Source of the DNA: Rhynchopus sp. YZ270_cl-10
Taxonomy: Eukaryota
Assembly: GCA_964035575.1 (NCBI GenBank)
Contig: OZ037840.1
Coordinates: forward strand, 558,001 to 622,000
Length of the DNA: 64,000 nucleotides
Direction of reading: 5' to 3'
This document shows, piece after piece, positions 56,401 to 64,000 of the stretch; position 1 is the first letter of the stretch; each line of letters starts with the position of its first letter. A model generated the notes under the pieces. It made no database searches. It was not told the DNA's origin and saw only the letters and a program-made list of their open reading frames with translations. The position numbers were made by a program, and so were the translations under genes.

Positions 56401-59400
56401 CCCTGACACAGCAGCTGACAAGAAGTTCGATTTCGTGTGCACCTGCGATACTGACGCCACCATCACCAGCTCAGGAGCAGCTGCAACTTGTTCGAAGGAC
56501 GAGTGCTCCAACGACCCTTGTGAGACAGCCACCACAGGACAGACATGTGCTGACCCGAACCCAAGCCCTTCATCAACAGGAGACTACACTTGCACCTGTG
56601 CGAACGGAGTGTCTGCAACAGGAGGAAAGGCAAGCTGTGATGTGGACGAATGTGCTGCCACACCTGCACCATGTGGAACTGGACAGTCGTGTGTTGATCC
56701 TGACACAGCAGCTGACAAGAAACTCGACTTCGTGTGCACATGTGACAGTGACGCCTCCATCACCAACACAGGGGCAGCTGCGACATGTTCAAAGGATGAG
56801 TGCTCCAACGACCCTTGTGAGACAGCCACCACAGGACAGACGTGTGCTGACCCGAACCCAAGCCCTTCATCAACAGGAGACTACACTTGCACCTGTACAA
56901 ACGGAGTGTCTGCAACAGGAGGAAAGGCGAGCTGTGACATGGACGAGTGTGCTGCCACACCTGCACCGTGTGGAACTGGCCAGTCGTGTGTTGATCCTGA
57001 CACAGCAGCTGACAAGAAATCCGACTTCGTGTGCACATGCGACAGTGACGCAAGCATCACCAACACAGGAGCAGCAGCAACTTGTTCACAGGATGAGTGC
57101 TCCAATGACCCTTGTGAGACAGCCACCACAGGACAGACGTGTGCTGACCCGAACCCAAGCCCTTCATCAACAGGAGACTACACTTGCACCTGTGCGAACG
57201 GAGTGTCTGCAACAGGAGGAAAAGCGAGCTGTGATGTGGATGAGTGTACTGCCACACCTGCACCATGTGGAACTGGCCAGACGTGTGCTGATCCTGACAC
57301 AGCAGCCGACAAGAAGTTTGACTTCGTGTGCACATGCGACAGCGACTCGATGACAACGAAGACTGGAGGAGCGGTGACAACGTGTGTGCTTGATGAGTGT
57401 GCGGCAACACCGTCTCCGTGTGGTGCACAGATGTGTGAGGATGCGATGAAGGGACCTTCGCAGAAGGATGACTTCGTGTGCACATGCGCTGCACCAAGCA
57501 CAGAGAAGGCGACAGGGAAGCCTGCTGTGTGCAACACAGGATCGGAAGATGAGTGTCTTGCTACACCTCCTCCGTGCGGTGCTGGGCAGACGTGTGTGGA
57601 TCCCGACCAGACAGCGATGAGCATGAACGACTACACCTGCACGTGTGTGACAGGCACGGGGTCCGCGACAGCTGCGCCAGCTCTGTGTGTTCTTGACGAG
57701 TGCATCGCAGGACCGTGTGGAGGTGGGCAGACATGCACTGACATGGACACAGCAGTTAGTGCAACAGACGACTTCACTTGCACATGTGACGCACCTTTGG
57801 CTGGGACAGCGATGGGTATGGCTGCAACGTGTACAAGCAACGACTGTGACAGCAACCCTTGCGACGCGGGACAGACGTGCACAGACCCTGATCAGTCCAC
57901 AATGTCACCCGGTGACTTCTGGTGTGAGTGTGCAAACGGTGTGAAGGCACAGGGTACCTCTGCCACTTGTGAGATTGACGAGTGTGCACCTGCTGACCCA
58001 GCAGACTTCCCCTGTGGCAAGGACCAGCTGTGCGAGGACCCGAACAAGGCGAAGACATCCCAGCACGACTTTGTGTGCACATGCCCTCTGGACTCAAGCA
58101 TCAGCCAAACAGACGGACCTGCCATTTGTACCGCCGATGATTGCGACAGCAACCCTTGTGGCGCAGGACAGACGTGCACAGACCCTGATCAGTCCACAAT
58201 GTCTCACAATGACTTCTGGTGTGAGTGTGCAAACGGTGTGAAGGCACAAGGTACCTCAGCAACTTGTGAGATTGATGAGTGTTCACCTGTTGACCCAGCA
58301 GACTTCCCCTGTGGGAAGGACCAGCTGTGTGAGGACCCGAACAAGGCAAAAACGTCGCAGCACGACTTTGTGTGCACATGCCCTCTGGACTCGTCCATCA
58401 GCCAAATCGACGGACCTGCGATCTGCAGTGCTGATGATTGCGACAGCAACCCTTGTGGTGCAGGACAGACGTGCACAGACCCAGACACTTCTCTCACGTC
58501 TCACAACGACTTCTGGTGTGAGTGTGCAAACGGTGTGAAGGCACAGGGTACCTCTGCAACGTGTGAGATTGACGAGTGTGCACCTGCTGACCCAGCAGAC
58601 TTCCCCTGTGGCAAGGACCAGCTGTGCGAGGACCCGAACAAGGCAAAGACCTCTCAGCACGACTTTGTGTGCACATGCCCTCTGGACTCATCTATCAGCA
58701 AAATCGATGGCCCGGCTATTTGCACCGCCGATGATTGCGACAGCAACCCTTGTGGTGCAGGACAGACGTGCACAGACCCGAACCCCTCACTCACCTCTCA
58801 CAACGATTTTATTTGTGAGTGTGCGAACGGTGTGCAGTCACAGGGTGTGAGGGCAACCTGTGAGATTGACGAGTGTGCACCTGCTGACCCAGCAGACTTC
58901 CCCTGTGGCAAGGACCAGCTGTGTGAGGACCCTAACAAGGCAAAGTCGTCCCAACACGACTTTGTGTGCACATGCCCTCTGGACTCGTCCATCAGCCAAA
59001 CAGACGGACCCGCGATTTGTACGGCCGATGATTGCGACAGCAACCCTTGTGGCGCAGGACAGACGTGCACCGATCCAGACACTTCTCTCACGTCTCACAA
59101 CGACTTCTGGTGTGAGTGTGCAAACGGTGTGAAGGCACAGGGTACCTCTGCAACGTGTGAGATTGACGAGTGTGCACCTGCTGACCCAGCAGACTTCCCC
59201 TGTGGCAAGGACCAGCTGTGTGAGGACCCTAACAAGGCAAAGTCGTCCCAACACGACTTTGTGTGCACATGCCCTCTGGACTCGTCCATCAGCCAAACCG
59301 ATGGACCTGCGATCTGCAATGCTGATGATTGCGAAAGTGACCCTTGTGGTGCAGGACAGACGTGCACAGACCCAGACACTTCTCTCACGTCTCACAACGA

Positions 59401-61846
59401 TTTTATTTGTGAATGTGCAAACGGTGTGCAGTCGCAGGGTGTGAGGGCAACCTGTGAGATTGACGAGTGTGATGCTGCACATAACAAGTGCCTTGCGGAC
59501 CAGCTGTGTGAGGACCCGAACAAGTCGAAGACGTCCCAACACGACTTTGTGTGCACATGCCCTCTGGACTCATCTATCAGCAAAATAGACGGACCTGCGA
59601 TTTGCACCGCCGATGATTGCGACAGCAACCCTTGTGGAGCAGGACAGACGTGCACAGACCCGAACCCCTCACTCACGTCTCACAACGACTTCTGGTGTGA
59701 GTGTGGAAACGGTGTGAAGGCACAAGGTACTTCAGCAACTTGCGAGATTGACGAGTGTGCACCTGCTGACCCAGCAGACTTCCCCTGTGGCAAGGATCAG
59801 CTGTGTGAGGACCCGAACAAGGCGAAGACTTCCCAACACGACTTTGTGTGCACATGCCCTCTGGACTCATCCATCAGCCAAATGGATGGACCTGCGATCT
59901 GCACTGTGAACGACTGCGACAGCGAGCCTTGCGGTGCAGGACAGACGTGCACAGACCCAACACCAACAGCAGCATCGCACTACGACTTCATCTGCACGTG
60001 CGACTCAAGCGACGTGCAGACGACAGGGACAAGAGCAACCTGTGAGATTGACGAGTGCGACGCTGACCACAACAAGTGCCTTGCGGACCAGCTGTGCGAG
60101 GACCCGAACAAGTCTTACAACTCTCAGCATGACTACGTGTGCAAGTGCAAGTCAGACCCCACCCTGCAGCAGGTGGACGGGCCTGCTGCATGCTCTCTGA
60201 ACGACTGTGACAGCAACCCCTGTGGCCTGGGACAGATGTGCATGGACCCAACACCAACAGCAGCGTCGCACTACGACTTCATCTGCACGTGTGCAAACGG
60301 TGTGACTTCACAAGGTACCTCTGCCACTTGTGAGATTGACGAGTGTGCACCTGCTGACCCAGCAGACTTCCCCTGTGGCAAGGATCAGCTGTGTGAGGAC
60401 CCGAACAAGTCGAAGACTTCCCAACACGACTACGTGTGCACATGCCCTCTGGACTCAATCATCAAGAAGACAAACGGTGCTGCGATCTGCACTCTGAACG
60501 ACTGCGACAGCGAGCCTTGTGGTGCAGGACAGACGTGCACAGACCCGACACCAACAGCAGCATCGCACTACGACTTCATCTGCACGTGTGTGAACGGTGT
60601 GACGTCGCAGGGTGTGAGTGCGACGTGTGAGATTGACGAGTGCGACGATGACCACAACCTGTGCCCTGCAGACCAGATGTGCGAGGACCCGAACAAGGCG
60701 AAGACGTCGCAGCACGACTTTGTGTGCTCGTGCCGATCGAACCCGGACATCAAGCAGACGGACGGGCCTGCGTCATGTGCAGACGAGTGTGCTGCGAACC
60801 CGTGTGGTGCGGACCAGATGTGTGAGGAGGGGCGTCTGGGTGCTGCCTATATGGGAGACTACCTGTGCACGTGCCTGAACGACAAGAACAGGTTTTCGGT
60901 TGGGATGGCGGTGCCTGCCTGCGGTGTGGACGAGTGCACAAGCGGACCATGTGGGCAGGGTGAGATGTGTCTTGACCCCGACTTTGATGTGGAGAAGGAC
61001 TTCCAGTGCCGCTGCAATGGGGGGAAGCAGATTTCGGTTGGTGCGCCAATGTCAGAGTGCGACGAGTGCACGATGGGGCTGTTCCCGTGCCTGGGCCCGT
61101 TTGGGGAGAAGGAGACATGCACAGACCCAGACACGTCGCCGGAGAGCCTTGGGGACTTTGTGTGCGAGTGTCCGAACCACGGTGCACGTGCGACGGGTGG
61201 CCCTGCACAGTGCAGCAAGCAGGGCGAGTGCAGCAGCGACCCGTGTGTGGACCCACACGCAGTGTGTGAGGACCCGGACCCGTCGACAGCAGGCGACTTC
61301 ACGTGCAAGTGCATGGTGGGATCTGTGGGGGAGAGTGTGGGGAAGGCTGTCGACTGCACCATTGACGAGTGTGCGGGGAACCCGTGTGGTCCGCAGCAGG
61401 AGTGTGTCGACACGAACACACACTGGGAGAATGTGGGGGACTTTGTGTGCAAGTGCACAGAGACGCCAAGCAAGATGCCGCTCTTTGGGACTGCTGTCGG
61501 GCGTGGTGCCAAGTGCACAACGTCGCCGCAGCCCACAGCTGAAGGCGATACGATGTCGCCCTTGGGGCGTGCCACTGCGTCCCCGCCAATCACGTACACT
61601 GCTGCACCGTTGCCATCTGCTGACGCTGGTGCGGCCGACTCGTCTTCCGACAGTGACGAGGACGGCTTCCCGTGGGAGATCGTTGTTGCGATTGCTGCTG
61701 GCGTTCTGTGTGCTTGTGGTGCTGCTGCTGCGTACATGCAGAAGCGTAAGGGCACTGGAGATGTGGACATCAACGACTTCATGGAGTTGGACAACCAGAT
61801 GGATCACGTGGACCAACCCCCTAAGAATGAGCTGGTGCACGTGTAG
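53447..61846 (+). CDS. Giant type I membrane protein: signal peptide + CAP/SCP domain + many EGF-like 6-Cys modules + TM + acidic tail
   Basis: CAP motifs HNLYRAKHG, YGENIA, WYCKEEGCYDY and TGHFTAVIWKGTTEIGCA. Repeats DEC..PC..Q.C.DP..D(Y/F).CTC..C. TM WEIVVAIAAGVLCACGAAAAYM followed by QKRK. 2799 aa from the ATG at 53447. Confidence 0.93.
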   Translation: MKTITSVLLCAAHIFVADAKCLVASTLAWCPAGDFVPIEAPAEAASHSCAAKTSCRSGLQDWQIKRVVDQHNLYRAKHGACPVTYSKTVEDWALNSDGFDTTCKTEKSTHNSGSPYGENIAMVGTFTTNTATFDPAEGVRNWYCKEEGCYDYNNPGFFSDTGHFTAVIWKGTTEIGCALCHVEGSYVKNYLMCSYNSAGNVRYKFPENALPDGNTPTDCSPETPAPPTEDECAATPCGSDQDCNDPDQTVDSDYTCTCQADNSVVETGKAAVCETDECATGTPCGADQDCNDPDTSPNSVTDFVCTCQSDNSLTNTGAPATCDKDECSNDPCETATTGQTCADPNPSPSSTGDYTCTCANGVSATGGKASCDVDECAATPAPCGTGQSCVDPDTAADKKFDFVCTCDSDASITNTGAAATCSNDECSKDPCETATTGQTCADPNPSPSSTGDYTCTCTNGVSATGGKASCDVDECAATPAPCGTGQTCVDPDTAADKKSDFVCTCDSDASITNTGAAATCSKDECSNDPCETATTGQTCADPNPSPSSTGDYTCTCANGVSATGGKASCDVDECAATPAPCGTGQSCVDPDTAADKKSDFVCTCDSDASITNTGAAATCSKDECSNDPCETATTGQTCADPNPSPSSTGDYTCTCANGVSATGGKASCDVDECAATPAPCGTGQSCVDPDTAADKKFDFVCTCDSDATITSTGAAAICSKDECSNDPCETATTGQTCADPNPSPSSTGDYTCTCANRVSATGGKASCDVDECAATPAPCGTGQTCVDPDTAADKKFDFVCTCDTDASITNTGAAATCSKDECSKDPCETATTGQTCADPNPSPSSTGDYTCTCANGVSATGGKASCDVDECAATPAPCGTGQTCVDPDTAADKKLDFVCTCDSDASITNTGAAATCSKDECSSDPCETATTGQTCADPNPSPSSTGDYTCTCANGVSATGGKASCDVDECAATPAPCGTGQSCVDPDTAADKKFDFVCTCDTDATITSSGAAATCSKDECSNDPCETATTGQTCADPNPSPSSTGDYTCTCANGVSATGGKASCDVDECAATPAPCGTGQSCVDPDTAADKKLDFVCTCDSDASITNTGAAATCSKDECSNDPCETATTGQTCADPNPSPSSTGDYTCTCTNGVSATGGKASCDMDECAATPAPCGTGQSCVDPDTAADKKSDFVCTCDSDASITNTGAAATCSQDECSNDPCETATTGQTCADPNPSPSSTGDYTCTCANGVSATGGKASCDVDECTATPAPCGTGQTCADPDTAADKKFDFVCTCDSDSMTTKTGGAVTTCVLDECAATPSPCGAQMCEDAMKGPSQKDDFVCTCAAPSTEKATGKPAVCNTGSEDECLATPPPCGAGQTCVDPDQTAMSMNDYTCTCVTGTGSATAAPALCVLDECIAGPCGGGQTCTDMDTAVSATDDFTCTCDAPLAGTAMGMAATCTSNDCDSNPCDAGQTCTDPDQSTMSPGDFWCECANGVKAQGTSATCEIDECAPADPADFPCGKDQLCEDPNKAKTSQHDFVCTCPLDSSISQTDGPAICTADDCDSNPCGAGQTCTDPDQSTMSHNDFWCECANGVKAQGTSATCEIDECSPVDPADFPCGKDQLCEDPNKAKTSQHDFVCTCPLDSSISQIDGPAICSADDCDSNPCGAGQTCTDPDTSLTSHNDFWCECANGVKAQGTSATCEIDECAPADPADFPCGKDQLCEDPNKAKTSQHDFVCTCPLDSSISKIDGPAICTADDCDSNPCGAGQTCTDPNPSLTSHNDFICECANGVQSQGVRATCEIDECAPADPADFPCGKDQLCEDPNKAKSSQHDFVCTCPLDSSISQTDGPAICTADDCDSNPCGAGQTCTDPDTSLTSHNDFWCECANGVKAQGTSATCEIDECAPADPADFPCGKDQLCEDPNKAKSSQHDFVCTCPLDSSISQTDGPAICNADDCESDPCGAGQTCTDPDTSLTSHNDFICECANGVQSQGVRATCEIDECDAAHNKCLADQLCEDPNKSKTSQHDFVCTCPLDSSISKIDGPAICTADDCDSNPCGAGQTCTDPNPSLTSHNDFWCECGNGVKAQGTSATCEIDECAPADPADFPCGKDQLCEDPNKAKTSQHDFVCTCPLDSSISQMDGPAICTVNDCDSEPCGAGQTCTDPTPTAASHYDFICTCDSSDVQTTGTRATCEIDECDADHNKCLADQLCEDPNKSYNSQHDYVCKCKSDPTLQQVDGPAACSLNDCDSNPCGLGQMCMDPTPTAASHYDFICTCANGVTSQGTSATCEIDECAPADPADFPCGKDQLCEDPNKSKTSQHDYVCTCPLDSIIKKTNGAAICTLNDCDSEPCGAGQTCTDPTPTAASHYDFICTCVNGVTSQGVSATCEIDECDDDHNLCPADQMCEDPNKAKTSQHDFVCSCRSNPDIKQTDGPASCADECAANPCGADQMCEEGRLGAAYMGDYLCTCLNDKNRFSVGMAVPACGVDECTSGPCGQGEMCLDPDFDVEKDFQCRCNGGKQISVGAPMSECDECTMGLFPCLGPFGEKETCTDPDTSPESLGDFVCECPNHGARATGGPAQCSKQGECSSDPCVDPHAVCEDPDPSTAGDFTCKCMVGSVGESVGKAVDCTIDECAGNPCGPQQECVDTNTHWENVGDFVCKCTETPSKMPLFGTAVGRGAKCTTSPQPTAEGDTMSPLGRATASPPITYTAAPLPSADAGAADSSSDSDEDGFPWEIVVAIAAGVLCACGAAAAYMQKRKGTGDVDINDFMELDNQMDHVDQPPKNELVHV
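54410..57345 (+). repeat. Intragenic 297-bp (99-aa) tandem repeat, block 1, 10 units
   Basis: DECS.DPCETATTGQTC recurs every 297 nt (54419...57092). Confidence 0.95.
57836..60780 (+). repeat. Intragenic ~297-bp tandem repeat, block 2, ~10 units
   Basis: DCDS.PCGAGQTCTDP...CEIDEC...CEDPNK..SQHDFVC recurs; some units are slightly shorter. Confidence 0.93.
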
Positions 61847-62041
61847 ACAGCTGTCATGCCCTGCGGCGTTCTTACCGTTACATGATACATCTCCCACTCT
61901 GCCAGGATTAGTTAACGCAGACGTTGTTCACGTTCCATCTAAAGAAGAAGTAGCTGTGTGTTACCGTGGTTCGTTTGTTCAGTTTGTTCTTCACAAACCA
62001 AACCGCTGGAGATAGACGATGTCTCCAGCCCTATTTATTTT

Positions 62042-64000
62042 TAGGGGAAACGACAATGTGGACTCTAAAAATGTGGATTACGACAATGTGGATTAATAAT
62101 CCACATTGTCGCATAATCCACATTGTCGTAATCCACATTGTCGCAAAAAATAATCCACATTGTCGCATAATCCGGATTCTTGATTTTTTGCCTTCTTGGT
62201 ACCCAGGTACCCAGGTACCCAGGTACCCAGGTACCCAGGTACCCAGGTACCCAGGTACCCAGGTACCCAGGTACCCAGGTACCCAGGTACCCAGGTACCC
62301 AGGTACCCAGGTACCCAGGTACCCAGGTACCCAGGTACCCAGGACCCAGGTACCAGGTCCAGGTCCAGGTACCCAGGAACAGGAAAAAAGTCGTGAAAGA
62401 GCAACCACAGCTCCACATGACAAACACAAAAGTGTCCAGTCACGTGGGGCATTCATGCACTGAGGAGATAATGATCCAACAATTTACAAGAAAGATTACT
62501 TAACCTACTGCTGGAAATTGCCAGGTCGTAGTAACACACAAAGTGTGCCTCCGTTCGGGAAGACCGGATATTCTAGAGACCAGAAAGGCCTCAAGAATAT
62601 CTTCCGGTAGTCAAGGTAGAACCGAGTGAACGGCCCAAGACCCCCGTGGAGAAGTTAAATGTTGTAATGCTATCAGGTAGAAACTGCGAACACTGTCTTA
62701 CCCTCCTCAATGCATGGTGGTTGATGTCTTCCACAACAAATTTCCTGTACCCAGGTACCCAGGTTCCCAGACCCACGCAGTACCACGTCGCAGTACTACG
62801 CAAAATTTACCACCAGACCCTGTCTTCGTGCACCTGAAGTACAACGCCGCAGACAGGCCAAACATGCGTTGGACTCAGAGGAATGCCCGCTGTGCAGGTA
62901 TCATGAGAACCAACTCCCAGCAACAAGGAGCGCCTTTTGGCGGGCGTTGTTGAGGGTGTTTGGGGTGCAAAGTTTTCCACAATTTTGATGCGCGGGTACA
63001 GAAGTGTTATCTTGTTCTTTCATCTCTAAGAAATGTAAATGTCAATCGCGTTTAACTACCACTAGGGCTTGTTCAGTGAACCCACGAGGGGTCGAAGGGG
63101 GTTGGTTATCCCGTATCTATCAAAGGTTGTGTCGACCAGGCTAAACCACTATGTTACGCTGTACGTTGTTAAATCCGAAGAAATAACACTTTAGCAGCCG
63201 CAGGAAGTTTGCTAAAAAGAGTGCCTCACGCTACACAAACCACCACCCGCGATTGACTTAGATGTTATAACAAAGAGAATTCAGAACAAAACAACACCCT
63301 GCCCCATACACACTAAATTGTCATGCTTCAAGAGCATGCCTGGGCCAAAATTACTATGACGAAAAGGCAACAAGACCACCCACAAGGAGTGTGAATTGTG
63401 CACTGGTTTTCTGGGGGAACAAACAATATTTTCTTGCGTCTAGTCCTCCGTAAGTAGAGGACAGACTTTCCGGAAGGTTTCCAAAGTCGAATTTCTTGCA
63501 CTAGCTATGCTCCCTGGGTTAATGGCAATAGCAGTGACTGCGACAGAGTGTTCCCACCCCCCTTTCCACCCATATGTTCGCTCGTTCTGCACTCTCGACG
63601 TTGCACTCATTGCGATACCTGTTTAAAAGTGAATTTGTGAGTGGTGGGGAAATTAAAGAAGGTGACTTCTTAAAAAAATAAGTTGGCGGGGTGTAAAATA
63701 TTGTTCTGGAGACTCTTGGAGGAAATACGAGTCGACGGCCTTATTTTGTTGAATATTCACCAGAAAGTTAAACATATTTACATACCTTGTCTTGCGCCTT
63801 CGCTGCTGTCAAGGTGCCTTCTCTGGGTACCCAGTAGGAGGCTCAAAACTGCTCAATTCTGGCTGGAATTGCAAAATTGGGCACTTTTAGGATGTGACCA
63901 AAAAAATTTTCGAGAGTCTAGTTATTACAGAGGCTCACCTTAGAAGGCAAAAATAGTCAATAATCCGGATTACCGACAATAATCCGGATTATGTGACAAG
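62042..64000 (+). mobile_element. Probable degenerate hAT-type DNA transposon running past the window end
   Basis: TAGGGG start and an array of acaatgtggat/atccacattgtcg motifs (62051-62180) that is mirrored by aatccggattatgtgacaa at 63981-63999. Weak remnants CEHC (~62685) and ALAML/VNGNSSDCDRVF (~63498-63553, dimerization-like). Confidence 0.55.
62198..62343. repeat. (GGTACCCA)n tandem array, ~18 units
   Basis: Perfect 8-bp period; a short echo lies at 62747-62764. Confidence 0.98.

Noticed and set aside
53742..57353. 1203-aa alternative-frame ORF inside the CAP gene
   Set aside because: Shadow of a repetitive, codon-biased CDS; the unit-to-unit variation appears silent in the main frame, not this one.
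61966..62503. PGTQVPRY repeat ORFs
   Set aside because: Translation artefacts of the GGTACCCA array.

Overview
Eukaryotic protist nuclear DNA, most consistent with a diplonemid (Euglenozoa). This is inferred from the co-oriented, mostly intronless + strand genes, the pyrimidine/CA-rich AG leaders, one GT-AG intron and the gene families present. Genes, in order: a 5'-truncated MATE transporter; a ubiquitin-like+LRR protein; an intact multi-TM class III adenylyl cyclase with a second, degenerate cyclase domain; two near-identical GH27 alpha-galactosidases; a two-exon Rab32/38/29-like GTPase; an aprataxin-like HIT protein with a broken histidine triad; five tandem multi-TM pseudo-cyclase receptors whose N- and C-halves are combinatorially shuffled; a hypothetical protein; and a ~2800-aa CAP + ~50-aa Cys-repeat type I membrane protein. 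Intergenic DNA is dense with mobile elements: degenerate non-LTR retrotransposons on the - strand, hAT-like elements with 5-bp TSDs, Tc1/mariner MITEs, palindromic elements with a CTCGCTTCGCTCG loop, a ~250-bp tandem repeat, three 8-9-bp tandem arrays and a strand-biased dispersed repeat family. There is also an orphan LSU rRNA fragment. All calls come from reading the sequence by eye; no searches were run.
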